Source: Octopus sinensis
Lineage: Eukaryota
DNA length: 64,000 bases
Direction: 5' to 3'
Assembly: GCF_006345805.1 (NCBI RefSeq)
Contig: NC_042999.1
Span: 87,420,001 to 87,484,000, forward strand
Part shown: one piece after another, positions 40,534 through 54,708 of the stretch
Layout: every line of letters starts with the position of its first letter
How positions within the stretch are numbered: the stretch's first letter is position 1
Notes under the pieces: generated by a model
Databases searched by the model: none
Told to the model about the DNA's origin: nothing
The model's input: the letters and a program-made list of their open reading frames with translations, nothing else
Translations under genes and position numbers: made by a program

Positions 40534-40544
40534 TATATATATAT

Positions 40545-40856
40545 AATCCAAACATGAAAGCACAAAAAAACACAACAGCGCGAGGACGTGGGACAAATAT
40601 AGTATTATTGGACGCTAAGGAAAGAAGGAAAGGAGGGTTTAACGTTTCGAGCGGCGCTCTTCGTCGGAAACATAGGAGAAGGAAAGATCCAGAGAAGGGA
40701 AGACAGAGGAAAAAAAATCGCCAACGGTACACACGCGGTCACATATATAGAGCTCCGCTCGAAACGTTAAACCTTCTTTCCTGAGCGTCCAATAATACTA
40801 TATTTGTTCCACGTCCTCGCGTTGTTGTGTTTTTTTGTGCTTTCATGTTTGGATTA
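40545..40856. mobile_element. Head-to-head inverted pair of family F fragments
   Basis: 40545-40660 is the reverse complement of 40749-40855 apart from a few substitutions and one short indel; flanked by (TA)n on both sides. Confidence 0.85.
40637..40671 (-). ncRNA. Minimal type-I hammerhead-like motif (CCGACGA core)
   Basis: Minus strand GTTT-CCGACGA-A-GAGC(GCC)GCTC-GAAAC-GTT^AAAC: 4-bp helix I and palindromic AACGTT helix III. Confidence 0.6.
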
Positions 40857-40888
<32 letters not shown>

Positions 40889-40897
40889 CTATATATA

Positions 40898-40955
<58 letters not shown>

Positions 40956-41314
40956 ACACACATGCATGTGTCAAAAAGTCACTATAAGAGTGTGTATCGA
41001 GGGTTGGTTTGTTTTCGGCACTTTTTTTTTGTGTTCTTTAGTTTAAACCTCGGAAGTACTTAATCCTCAAGTTGCCAGTGCCTTTAGCTGTCTAGATAGA
41101 CACAGTTCTACACTATGGGGATCCTAAACATCGTTGAATGTTTCGTTATCTTTCAGCGATGCGTTCAAACCGTTCTGTAAATATAGCAATGTGCCCTGTT
41201 AGACTAACTTGTTAGATAAATTGGAGTCTTATGTACACCCTCTATCACGAGAACCTCAAACGTTTCATATACACATATATACAAAGACAGTCATATAATC
41301 AGTGTGTGTGTGTG

Positions 41315-41355
<41 letters not shown>

Positions 41356-41602
41356 CGTGATTTTGTAAAAGTAAACGAAACGAAGAAAGAAAAACTGCCC
41401 GAAACTACTAGTGATAAACTTTTTCAGGTTTCTGCTACTTTGTTTTATATATAACGTCACATGAAATCTTTGACAACGAGTGTAAGGTATTCGAAACGTT
41501 GTCAAGAGAACAATATGGGCGCTGTAAGTCATACTTCTGACTTGCCTCCACACATGATATAAGATAAATCGCAATATTAGATCTTGAGAAGTATCAACAC
41601 GA

Positions 41603-41637
41603 ATTACTACTACTACTACTACTGCTACTGCTACTTC

Positions 41638-41670
<33 letters not shown>

Positions 41671-41690
41671 CACTACTACTACTACTACTA

Positions 41691-41763
<73 letters not shown>

Positions 41764-41770
41764 AACAACC
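41603..41770. repeat. (TAC)n/(TGC)n trinucleotide array
   Basis: Read directly. Confidence 0.95.
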
Positions 41771-41829
41771 CACAACACAAGACCAAATAACGTAGAAAGT
41801 ATTTTTGTTGTTGCTGTACATCACTGTAA

Positions 41830-41880
<51 letters not shown>

Positions 41881-43852
41881 ACTACCCACTTCTCTCTCTC
41901 TCCGCCTTTGTATGTTTCTCTTTTCTCTAACATTTACTTTCAAATGATGGAGGGTAAAGGTTAGAAATTTATATCTCACGTCTTAATATATGAGACACAC
42001 TTCGGCGGCTGAACATAATTTTTTTACCCGCTGACTTGTTTTGAACCTATTGTTTCTCTCGCTGATAATAAATACATTCAATCAATAACGAAGAAAATTT
42101 GAAAATTTACATTGAATTTTAACAGAAATTCACAGCACATAAATCAGGTTTAGTGTTAAACTGCTCCGCGGTTAACAATCTAGCTTCCAGGAAAGTCTGT
42201 TATTGTTTAGATATAGAGAATGCTACTTAAACATGTATCAGATCAGTTGATGTTGTGGTTGTTTCGATTGATGGTGTGTTGTTTATGTTGGCATTCAAAT
42301 CGTCAATATATTGACTGAAGCTGGAGTTGAGTCTGCAGTTCTTCAGTTTGGCAGTGCCATCAGATTTCCTGCCGTTCTTATTGACGTCAGTAACACTCAT
42401 CTAGAGTATGGCAGGCTTTTGACATTTGTTTACAACACCGCTACCGTGCAATCTTTCCCGACTTCATGATGGATAAAGAAGTAGTGAGGAGATTTAGGTT
42501 CAACGTTTTTATCAGACATACTTTTTATAATACGAAAGTAACGTTTATTCAAACGAACAAGGCCCTTAAGAAGCAAATATCGCCGTGTATAAGTAAAAAC
42601 CATTTGCTCATATAATGCATTACGCTGTCTTCTATGGTTATTTTTATAACATAATTTTATTTTTAGTTTATTTTTGTAACATGATTTACTCAGTTCTTGG
42701 GTTACCTACAACAGATATCAATGAGTCTACGACAAAAGTAGATGTACTGTTTATTTAATTAGGAATTAATTATTATCGGCCGAAAAAAAAACCCCACAGA
42801 AACAAAAGACCAAAAAAGAAAAAAAACCAACTGTTGAAGTTTATGTTGTATCCCTTTATGTCCCATAACTTAGCGGCTCGATAAATTCAAAATGAAAAAA
42901 GTGCGAGGCTGAATAAGATTGACTATAAACCCTTAAAAGGCTACTCCCCAGATATGGCCGCTGTCCAGTGAGTAAAACCAGTATGAGGGAAAACAAAAGG
43001 AAAGGAGTGATAAGGAAGTTGAAATGATCGTATTTTAAGGCTGACATTAACGAGGTGTTGACATATCGGTGTGTACTGTAAATATATGCGGTTACATATT
43101 GAATAAATAATTAGCAATTAAAAATTACCTTTACATCTCATACTACTACAGCTTTAAACAGCAACAAGTTATATTCATAAGCAATCAGAACGTGTATTGT
43201 TTTTAGGTTAACTCATGAATAATATCAAGAAAAAGAATGATTTATAAGGACGGAAAGTAAATACGCTGAACTGGTCTGTAAACAATTGCCACCGATAACT
43301 ATGATGTAGCTGAGATGACATTAGAGTGCCGGACTAAATCTAACGGTAAAACAATATTGCATTTACATTCGTCTCCTGTGGTTCGAAGATCAAATTTTAC
43401 TTGGTTATATACTTTTTTATCCATCTACAACCAATAATGAAGATATCACAATATATTGCGCATACTATAATTAAAAGTGAATTTTACATAGCAAACGAGA
43501 AGAGACGGAGACTGTAAGTTGTAGACTGACCTGCTATACTAGCAGCCAAATCTCCCTCAAATCACTCTCTAACGTCTTAGAAAAAGCAGGACACATTGGA
43601 AAATGTAGTCCAACATATACTATATCTAAATTATAAGACTGGAACATTCACGATCGAAGGTCAACCCGATCAAGGATGACCTAGGGTTAAACAAGAGCTT
43701 ACATTGATAATTATTACAATAGCATATAATTATTTGGAGAGTTACAATTAGAAAATTTTAAATCTCAGTAGATAAATTGGTGGGAGCGAAACTGTTGGAA
43801 TGGGACGAAACTTCTCCGTCGGTTGTGTTTATCACATACTATATACATACGT

Positions 43853-43919
<67 letters not shown>

Positions 43920-43995
43920 CCCGGTTTCTTTATACACACACACACAACATATATATAAATACACACATATATATCCTGGTCTGTTTATATATATA

Positions 43996-44046
<51 letters not shown>

Positions 44047-45972
44047 TATATACATATATATATATTATATATATATGTAATGTCAATGAACATACGGCTA
44101 AGATGAAGGCAAAGAAACTGGGGGTTTCTATGACTGGTCAGCAGTATGATAGAGTGGAAGAGGAGGGGGGTGATGCGGAAAACAGACCGGGAAGCAGATC
44201 AAGAAATGAAGAGAGAATGGTAATTAATAAAGCAGGGTAGATGACGAGTGGAGTGGCAAATGTTGAACATCATTTTTAAAGGGACCAAAAGTAAACTGTT
44301 TATCGCGAAAGATACTATCAGGATCACTCTGAAGACTCAGATTGTAAGAAAACTATTACGTGTGTGTGTGTGTGTGTGTGCTTTTAATGATTATCTTTTG
44401 GTTTGTTTAGAATAATCGGACAGTTAACGGTAAAGAAACGTCAGATAAGAGTAAACATTGTCGGATTCATTTTTACTATTCAAATGAAACTATATCTTAT
44501 AAATATATATGTTTCTGTATGGCAATATTGTAGATACTGTACGTGTTCTTCACACTGTCGTGTAATGTTCTTATTGCTTGCATGCCTCTGTCAACACTAA
44601 TATATAGACGTATAGTTGTAGTCGCCTCTATTCATATCATGAAATATATATGCAGGCATGCATGCAAGCAGGTGTGACTGTGTGTGTGTGTGTGTATGAA
44701 CATTATATATTACAGTTATTAAAAAATATACAAAAATGAATACATGTAATATATATATATATATATATATTTAAAGTAAAATTTTTGTTTTTGTGATGAA
44801 TCTGGCGTGTCATTATTGGATTTTCAAAGAATACAAAAGGCTGCGAATGCATTTTACAGGAGAGAAAGAACGATGCAGTGAAAAGACAGGAAGAAAATGT
44901 ATGAGAATGTCAACAGAGGGGAATGTGTATGAAGCCAGCATCTGTATAACGGAGTGAACGATGGAGCCAGCCTATATGGGAATTGATTGAAAGACAGTAA
45001 ATTCATTGGGAAGATGAATATTATAGAGACTACCATAAAATATAATGAAAAATATATGCATGTTGCTATGGAAAAATACAAAGATATTTTTTACGAAGAT
45101 ACAGAAATTGAAGTCAGATTATCATTATAAAATAAGAATAAAAGTCATTGAATTAAAATTGATATGAAATTCAACCTATAAGAAGAACAGATTTAGAAGA
45201 GATGAGTAAAATAAACAAAATCTATTGTTATCGTAAAAGCTGGTAGAGAAGGAGAATAAAGTGACAACTTACAATTTAAATTTAACTACGCGAGTGTGTT
45301 GAATAGTTATTCCATTACAATTTTGGACAGAATCAACGGGCAAAGAAGAGATAATATACAAAGAGTTCTTCTTGCTTTGTTAGCAGTGGAACAATTGTAT
45401 TAGAGCCACTCGTTTCTCTTCACAATCGTTTCCATCTGTCTTCACATGTACGCACATATACACGTACAGACACACATATACATACCATTTACACGTCTTT
45501 ATATAACACTCATGCACATACGTAGACTCACTTCTAACTGATTTTACACTTACACACACATAACCACACTTTGTATGTATGTATGTATGTATGTATGTAT
45601 GTATGTATGTATGTAGTATGTATGTATGTATGTATGGACGCGTTTGTTTTTATTTACCTTTACGTTCACAGAAGAGTACATATATATAACATTTTCACGC
45701 CATTCACATGCACCGTCTGACACACACATCTATTTCTGTCTATTTTTACATACGCGAACACACATTCATATGCACATATATACATAAATATACATATGTG
45801 ACAACACTAATATACATTTTCCTTTGATATTTCTATGTACGCTTCCAAATTATCTAAACAAACAAATAACCGCAAACATCTACACTTGAGTCACACGTTT
45901 GAATACTTTAATATCTCCTCTTTTTTTCAATAAACATTTTTGTGAACTATACATTACAGCGTGCACGCGTGG

Positions 45973-46019
<47 letters not shown>

Positions 46020-47069
46020 CACACATCTTTCGTTTCAATTTCAGAACTCTTGTTGAACCCTGTTTAACACCACCGCCAGCTGCCTTCAGCTGAATTTCTT
46101 TCTGTTGTAAGCATTGCACTTCTGACTCTGGCCTGAGAATGACTTACCCTTTCCCTCCTATCAGCTCTAGGGGCCCCGAAAAAAATATAAAAATGCATTA
46201 GAACATTTACTGTCGCTTCATTCTTTGAAACTTGTTGTTGCTATTGTGTAACTCCTCATCTGCCTTAATCGGGTAAACATAATCGAAGACATGCAAGCTA
46301 TGACCCTCTTCTCACTTTTTTCCTGGGCATACTTTTTCAGCGTGTTCCTAGATTTTTTAAGCAGGTAGAGTGTGATTTGTGTGAGATTTGGCTGCTATTT
46401 CTAGCAGGTTGAGTGGTGATTTAGAATCCCATCCCCAGTCTCAGGTGCTGAGTTGGACTTTTTCTCTAGAGTCGATAAAATGAATACCAGTGATAGCCTG
46501 CGGTATATATTCACTCAAGTGTAACCACTACTCTATCATCGTGTCTCAGTAAAAAATCGATAGAATTCACCTGATTGTAAACGGGAATCAAATACCGTAG
46601 ACTGTAAGAAAGATCACAGCGAGCTAACTCTACTAAACGGTTTCGATTCTCGGTCGTAGTAACTTCAAATTACACCGTTAAAGGCTAACAGAAATACATG
46701 AAAACAGCACAATATCTCCTCTCTACACTAGGCGTCTCTATGTGATCGTTCAACTTGTTAAAAATAGTAACCATGTCGCAGTGAAGTTATATCCTATAGT
46801 TTATGAAAAGGGATGATACATAAAACAACAGTTGTTGAATACTCAATAGTCATGGGAAGAACGCTTTTGATGTCAGGTTTTCTTAAACAGGACTAACCCG
46901 GGGCCAAGCATCAGCATCAACTCACTGTGAGCCGAACCAGTAACTGGACCGATTCTCATTTAAGCCACATCCATCTCCGTGTTCGTCGGTAATAGTTTTT
47001 AGAAAGGCTTGTTTGTGGAAAACTTGTCATTTCACTGTTCCGTAAAATACTTTTGTACACGAGCGAAGG

Positions 47070-47250
47070 CGTGGGTGTGTAATTAGTAATTTTCTTCCCA
47101 ATCAGATGGTTCCGAGTTCAGTCCCACTGCATGGCACCTTCGGCAAGTGTTCTTCTACTATAGCTTTGAGCCGACAAAGCCTCGTGAGTGGCTTTGGTAG
47201 ATGGAATCTGAAAGAAGCTCGTCGTATATATATATATATATATATGTAAT

Positions 47251-47299
<49 letters not shown>

Positions 47300-47525
47300 A
47301 TATATATATATATATATATATATATTATCGTGTGTGTGTGTGTGTTTTCTCCCCTACCACAGCTTGATACCGGTTTTGGTGTGTTTACGTCCCAGTAACT
47401 TAGCGGTTCGGCAACATGCGATAGAATAAGTACCACCATAAAAATATATAAGTACCGGGGTCGATTCGTTCGACTGAAGTTCTTCAAATAGGTGTCTGAG
47501 CATGACTGCAGTCTAATGACATCAG
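47070..47525 (+). mobile_element. SINE family A with internal (TA)n
   Basis: ggcgtgggtgtg..gttccgagttcagtcccactgc..gcatgactgcagtctaatgac. Confidence 0.82.
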
Positions 47526-47609
47526 ACACATCCCAATTTCGTCAGCGCATATTCAGGGAAAGCAAAAATGGTTTTAGTGATTTAAAGTATATAATATCTA
47601 GAGCTCTTT

Positions 47610-47830
47610 CCGAAGTGGCGAGTTGGCAGAACCGTTAGAACATCAGGAAAAAAGCTTACCCACGTCTTCAGGTTTCAGATTCCACCTAGTCGGTCTATGC
47701 CTTTAAGAAATATTTTTTTTTACCTCTATTGGATTCGATAAAATAACTCCCAGTTGAGCATTGCGGGGGTCGATGTTATCGTCTAACCCACCCCACCAAA
47801 ATTACTGGCCTTGTGCCAAAATCTGAAACC
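47610..47830 (+). mobile_element. SINE family B, diverged
   Basis: ggcgagttggcagaaccgttag..gattcgataaaataa..gggggtcgatgttatcg..ggccttgtgccaaaat. Confidence 0.75.
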
Positions 47831-48707
47831 AATACTTAAGCAACCTCGCATGTAGGACATGAGGTGAATTTCTGAGAAAAAAGAAGCGCTTCTCATATAC
47901 CATCAAACAGAGGTAATATTTATTCCCATTTAAACGTAGATATTCTGTTAGAACAAACTATACTGCGGTAGTTACTATCAGAAAAACTCTCATATTGGCT
48001 TTTAATGCAAAATGTACTCTTGTTTATGTCGCACACGGGGAGATAAATCCCTGCCGTCTCCAGCACCGAGACCATCAGATCACGTCATTCCGACCCTCCT
48101 TGGTTTTGTCAATGATGGACGCGCGACCGCTAGGAATAGCAGTGATTCATCTCCCCATGAAACAAGGTACTTACTTAACACGGTTTACCACAGTTTAATT
48201 TTTTTTATTCAGTTCCACAAAATAGATGCAAGTTCTCAATGGAAAGAGTCTACAAACCCGTTGTCATTCCCATTTTTATTGCCTTAGAATATTTTCATTT
48301 AGTATCGTGTCAGATATCAAACAAATCTACTCCTTCGCCCCGACAAACTTTTCCACTACTAAAACCATTACCGTGTCAATAAGTCTGTTGGAGCCGGTTG
48401 ACCGGGAATAAACAAACACCACAATAATCATCATCGCAATCTCTCAACGATGAGACACAGCCATCTCCATAGCATAACAACGATGATCACCACAACCACC
48501 ATCTAATATTAACGAAAAGGAGCTATGATCATCATAACTAAAACGATATACCACCACCTCAAATTTATACACCTTCCCAACCACCATACTATTCATTCGA
48601 ACCAATAGAATAGCAGCTTGATCTGCAAAAAGAGCGGCCAAATTTCCTGGAAGCAGCACCCATCCTTCTTAAATAAATGAAAGGCCAGACGATGTAAAAT
48701 CTTACGT

Positions 48708-48714
<7 letters not shown>

Positions 48715-48745
<31 letters not shown>

Positions 48746-48856
48746 GATAGATAGATAGATAGATAGATAGACAGATATATCTACGTACATACACATACGC
48801 ACACATACGAGTATTTGTATGCATGTTTCTGTGTGGGTTTCAGTTATGCAGAAGCC

Positions 48857-48944
<88 letters not shown>

Positions 48945-48979
48945 GTCAAACTGTCTGTATGTATGTCTCTCTCACACCT

Positions 48980-49010
<31 letters not shown>

Positions 49011-49157
49011 TTCTCTCTCTCTCTCGTCATCTTTCTCTCCTCTCTTCTCTCCCTCTTCCTCTCTCCTCTCTCTTCTCTCTCCCTCCTCTCTCTTTCTCTC
49101 CTCTCTCTTCCTCTCTCTCGCGCCTTTCTTTCTCTCTCGCCTCTCTTTCTCTCTCTT

Positions 49158-49190
<33 letters not shown>

Positions 49191-49195
49191 ATCTA
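48715..49195. repeat. (TC)n/(TAGA)n/(TCTA)n and CT-rich low-complexity block
   Basis: Read directly. Confidence 0.9.
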
Positions 49196-49824
49196 ATATA
49201 ACATGGTTAGTACAGAAATGTCTGTGGTTATTGGTGTCTCCAATCATGGCTGACCTAGACTAAACAATAAAAATGCTCACAACAACCACCACACTTCACC
49301 ACCACTCCTAACACCTAAACTGGTCAACCATCGAAGGAGCCTCTATGCAGTAGCTAGACCTGCTAAAAATAACTGCCAATTTCCCCTCAAATAACACCTT
49401 ACCGTCTTAAAGAAAAGACACATTGGATAAGGCCGTGCGCAACGTACGAAAAGACAAGATTTTTGCAACTGGGATGTATTTCATTATAGATTTGCTCGAT
49501 TTGAGTAACCTGAATAATATAACAGCATAAACAAGATTGAAAGTACAACCATAGATATCTACCATTCGAATAACAATTGATGCTCATTTATTTAGTCGTT
49601 CGGTATGCTAGAAATAATAACTAAATCTCCTTCGAATCAACACGAAAACATAATAAAAAAAAAGAAAAAAGGAAGAATGCCATGAGTAATATAGCTCTCG
49701 ATGCACGATGTCAGAAAACATGAAGATAGTATGGCTGGAATGGTGTTCACCAATAAAGTTTCACCTGGAGTTTACAAAACTAAAAAAACAAGTACCACAG
49801 CAAAATAACAACATAAGCACCACC

Positions 49825-49855
<31 letters not shown>

Positions 49856-50602
49856 TCAGTCACCACCTTTGGCACGTGAGTCTTGCTTAAAAGCACATCT
49901 GTCTTCATCAAAAAGCCAAGTATCACTATCTTTAGCTAAGTCACGACGCCGTTCCCCACTCAAAACCCATCAAAACATATTTGTTTTATCTTCCATTCTT
50001 ACAGCGGGTTTACACTCTCTCTCTCACATTGCCGTCATCACATACGGTAAATTTTCTATAAGAAGGCCATTTGATGATAATATTTAAAAAGATCAAGAAC
50101 ATATCATGGTGAATGCGATAGCAGGTAATGTGAACAGCAGGAACAACATGTAAATAATACATACACAAAAACGATCACGTATACGTAAGTGTGGAAATTG
50201 TTACGACCTTTAGTCAAAAGCTGATGAGGGAAGATTCACGTTCATCTTTGTGTTTCTCACAAAAGAAACCAAAAACAAAAACTTTATTCTCTACATCAAA
50301 AAAGTTTTTGGGAGAGTTGAAAGCTTTGAAGCTGTATTCCTATGTAGCTTCACAGTAAGAAACGGTGTGTAATCATTTACATCTTGGAGGTTCAGCTGGA
50401 ACTGGGGCCTAACTTTAGCACACAGAACTATATAAATCTCCGAACAGGACAATAACCTGAGAATCAAAGTGACACAGCTTCTTCCCTCATCAGTTTCTGT
50501 ACATGAGGGTTAAATATAAGTAGTAGCTCCCTGCGTGGAATCTGGCATAATGTTGCTAAAAACGCTAAGAAGTGTAAATACATACATACATACATACATA
50601 CA

Positions 50603-50633
<31 letters not shown>

Positions 50634-50801
50634 GTCATTCGGTGCGCTCTGAAGAATACAGCTTGAAGCCCAATTCACATGATTCACAGTCTGCTGATAC
50701 CTAGGGTAGCATTCGAGTCTTGGCTCCTGTTAATCTGATAAACGCGTAAATTACACTCTCTATCACAGTATTGAGCAAGGTTTCTTCCGTTCGTTATAAA
50801 G

Positions 50802-50866
<65 letters not shown>

Positions 50867-50869
50867 TAT

Positions 50870-51050
50870 GCTAGAACGAGGCTGGAGACAACATCGAACT
50901 GTGTCAGGGGTTCCGATTCCTCATTTTCTTCAGGGTTTATTCCTGAAGCCCTTCCCATGGGTGGGTCAGGCTGCAAGACAGCGGAGGTTTGGAATCAAGG
51001 GTTCTCTCCTCAGGCTAACGAGCTCCATCTGTCAGACTGACTCCGAGTTA
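50870..51050 (-). mobile_element. Probable RTE-clade LINE 5' leader fragment
   Basis: Minus strand GGAGCTCGTTAGCCTG..TTCCAAACCTCCGCTGTCTTGC..CATGGGAAGGGCTTCAGGAATAAACCC resembles RTE 5' regions from memory; not verifiable within the window. Confidence 0.45.
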
Positions 51051-51174
51051 TAGGAGACTGATATTTCGGGGCATTTTTTTAAACAACATATCCACATTAA
51101 GTAAGATGTATAGATCACTATATATATATGTATATATATATATATATTATATATTATATATCTTATATATATAT

Positions 51175-51231
<57 letters not shown>

Positions 51232-51489
51232 TATATAGTGATCTATACATATAATATATATTGTCCACACACACAAACAAGTGGCAGATATATGCATATA
51301 TATGAATATATATATATATTATATATATATATAATATATATATATATGTATGTAGTGTGTGTGTATACGTTGTATATTTCCTTATATTTTTATATGCATT
51401 TGTATAAATACATGTGTGTATATATAGATAGATATGTACATATTTACATATAACACACACATGCACATATTTATACATGATCATGATCA

Positions 51490-52620
51490 AAGGAACCGCA
51501 TGGGAGAGTGGCTGCATGACTTGCAAAAGGATACAGCCAATGGTGTTCTCTCTAAGAAAACATAAATTCTGAGTGGCTTCCCCCAGGGAACTGTCTTGGA
51601 GGCCATTACTGTTTATAGTAGCTCTCTTAAAAATGTCCTTGGTTACTCAAGCAGCCACTGCTACTAGTTACGCCAGTGATACAAAATTATCACAGGCAAT
51701 AGAGAATTCTGGCGATGTCCAAGTTTACTGAAGGACCTAAATGTAATATGCAAGTCGGCTGAAGAAAACAACATACAGTACAATGTTGGAAAATGTTAAG
51801 CACTGCACTATCAGCTCACAAATGCATCATAGCCAGCATATACACGACCTAAAGGCACTGCAATCCGAAAGTCTCACACAGTGAGAGACTTGGGGATTAG
51901 TACGTGTATTGGTGCATCATTACCAAGATGACAACAAAAGGCACACAACTGGCAGGATGGATATTAAAGTCCTTCAAGACAAGAAACCAAGAAGTCAAGT
52001 TGACCCTGTGAAGGGCCCCTGTTCTCAGTCGTCTGGACTTCTGTTGCTACCACAATGCGAGCTTGAAGCGGTCCAACGTCATTACACTAAATCGATTGCA
52101 ACAGTGAAGCTGATGAACTATAAGGAGAGGTTAAAAAAGTAGAACTTAACTCCCTGGAGCAAAGACGTGACGGATAGGGCTAGTACCCAATCGAGTGTTA
52201 TAGAAATGCCCAAATAATTTACATATGGAAAATTCTGGAAGGGCTAGTACCCATCGAGTGTTATACAAATGTCCGAACTGTACGCCATTGCATTGTGCCA
52301 AAGGTACCGTCCATCCCATCTAAAATCAGGACCAGGTACTGCAATATCTTAGGGTTCAAGCACCCACAGATATTCGATGCTTTGCTAACTCCCCCCACCC
52401 AGCATCGCGAAATTAATAAACCTACTCAAAGTGGACGTGGATGTCTTCAAAAAGAAACTGGACATTCTCGTATCCACGATACTATATGAACCAATAGTCT
52501 GGTATAAAGTACAAATGAGGGTAGCAATGTCAAATCAAGTGAGCCAACAACCAAAGAAAAAAAGTACATGAAGGGGTGGTGTTATGAAATCCCACCATCC
52601 TGAAGAAATGAACAAAAGAA
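51490..52620 (+). mobile_element. Decayed CR1/L2-type LINE (RT domain to 3' end)
   Basis: Across frameshifts: SGFPQGTVL(G)PLLFI, SYASDTKLSQ (YADD remnant), AEENN.QYNVGKC, VRDLG, ELEAVQRHYTK..MNYKERLKK, TRYCN.LGF, DVFKKKLD. Confidence 0.88.
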
Positions 52621-52899
52621 CAAAGATGTGCCAATGTATAAAATGGCGGTAGTATGTATGTATGTATTCATATATACAGACGAGAGCAGAAATCCCCAAT
52701 CGCTCTCTCTCTCTCTCATATCCATATACACATGTTCATACAAACAAACCATGCGTACATATTGATGTACTATCCGTTAGGTTCCATCTATCATATTTTA
52801 CTGATAACTATTGGCAGAGCTGAGACAATTTGACTTCACCGCACAATGAGACGAAACCGTTAACAATGCGAAGCGTTATCTATGCAGCTATATGGTTCT

Positions 52900-53085
52900 T
52901 GCTGCTATGTAGAAACAAACACATATATGACGGGCTACTTTTCAGTTTCTCTCTGCCGAATATCCACTCACAAGGCTTTAGTCGGCCTCAGGCTATGGTA
53001 CAAAAATCTCGCCCTGGGCATCACGTAGTGGCACTGAACCCGGAACGAGGTACTTGAGAAGCAAACTTCTTAACTCACACCCGTT
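52900..53085 (-). mobile_element. SINE family A 5' half, diverged
   Basis: ttttcagtttc..tccactcacaaggcttt..gcactgaacccggaac..gaagcaaacttcttaac. Confidence 0.75.
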
Positions 53086-53262
53086 TCCACACAAATACAC
53101 ACACACACACAACACACACACACACACAGAGACACACACATGTCTTAGAGCAGATATACATTTTACTGTAGACATGTTATTCAAAGCTCGGAAGGGGTAT
53201 GTTGCAACTTTTTCCGTCTCTTCCCTTCTTGTCTTTCTATCTCCTGCTGTTTCTCTCCTTGT

Positions 53263-53413
53263 CTATGTATGTATGTATGTATGTATGTATGTATGTATGT
53301 ATGTATGTATGTATGTATGTATGCATCTCTCTCTCTCTCTATCTATCTATATGTATGCCTTTATGTGTGTGTGTGTGTAATGTGTATGCATGTGTCTGTA
53401 TGTGTATGTGTGT

Positions 53414-53484
<71 letters not shown>

Positions 53485-54042
53485 CTGGAGAGAAAGAGAG
53501 AAAGAGAATAGTGTATGAAAATGGAAGAGAGATATTGTAATAAAAATATGATGAAGCGATCCCCTGAAAGGACTAAATATTTTAAGAGACAGTCAATTTG
53601 ATAGAACAGTTTCAGAAAGCACCGGGAAATAGAAATAGAAACCAGATAGATAAAGATATAGAGAAAAATAGAAGGTTGGAGATGCAAAAAAGTTTTGGTT
53701 GACAGAAAGAACGATAAGAGGAGAGAAAGTGAAAGTGAAAGAAGAATAAAAGAGAGGGGACAATTACATATGTATTTGTGTGTGAGGGCGTCTGAAGTTG
53801 TATTTACATCTGTTGCGGTAAAGAAAAAAACGAAACAAAATTATGAGGAAGAAGAAGAGATTAAAGAGGATAGGAAAACGAAAGTAATAAGAAAGAGAGA
53901 AAGAGAAAAGGGGGAGTGAGATAGAAAAGGAAAGTTAGAGAGAGGGTGGATTGAGACACTGACAGAAAAAGTGAATGAGAGATGCGAAAAGAGTGAGGAA
54001 TAAAGAAACGAAGAGAGTGATAAAGTAATGGACAACGGGAGA

Positions 54043-54085
<43 letters not shown>

Positions 54086-54180
54086 AGAGAGACAGAAAGA
54101 GAGAGGGAGACATAGAGAGAAAGAGAGATAGATAGGTAATAGATAGATAGAGAGAGAGAGAGCGAGAGAGAGAGAGAGAG
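53263..54180. repeat. Compound microsatellite and GA-rich low-complexity block
   Basis: (TATG)n, (TG)n, (GA)n and purine-rich runs. Confidence 0.85.
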
Positions 54181-54382
54181 AAAGAGCGAGAGGACGGGAA
54201 CTGTATATTATGCGTCTGTGTGTTCGTACGTTGGAAATGAAGACAGTTAACGTCTGTACAGCGTTATATATCAAGTGTCCCAGATGCAATGCAGCATCTA
54301 AATATACAAAATAAAGTTAAACGCTGCTTTAGATTTTATAATTCTGTGTGTCTATTGCATAAAACACACACACACACACACG

Positions 54383-54429
<47 letters not shown>

Positions 54430-54670
54430 ACACACACATACACACACATTGCTATGTTGAACTGTTAATCTCTACAACTTTTTTTCTCTCCGTTTATTTT
54501 TCATACTGTCTCTGTTTTTTTTTTACCCCTCTTAATCCTTGGTTCGAAACGTATAGACTATTCCATTCTTCCCGAGCGTTAAACTAATACACCTGCTTGT
54601 TGTTCCTACACTTGTCTTCGTCTTTTGTTTATATATATATATATATACTTTATTTAAAAGCAGCAGAAAG

Positions 54671-54708
54671 CTGTTACTCAGAGTTTCACGTTCCCGTTCG
54701 TCGGACAG
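54671..54708 (-). ncRNA. Minimal type-I hammerhead-like motif, best-formed copy
   Basis: Minus strand CTGT-CCGACGA-ACG(GGAA)CGT-GAAAC-TCT-GAGTA^ACAG, with helices I, II and III all pairing; sits in a ~75-bp fragment ending AATAAA between (TA)n tracts. Confidence 0.65.

Noticed and set aside
41467-41508. Possible decayed hammerhead (tctt-tgacaacga-...-gaaacgttgtc-aaga)
   Set aside because: The core has extra bases and helix II is mismatched; it may simply be a 9-bp hairpin. Not counted.
44850-45400. Purine-rich stretch resembling a degraded LINE ORF2
   Set aside because: No diagnostic motif recoverable.
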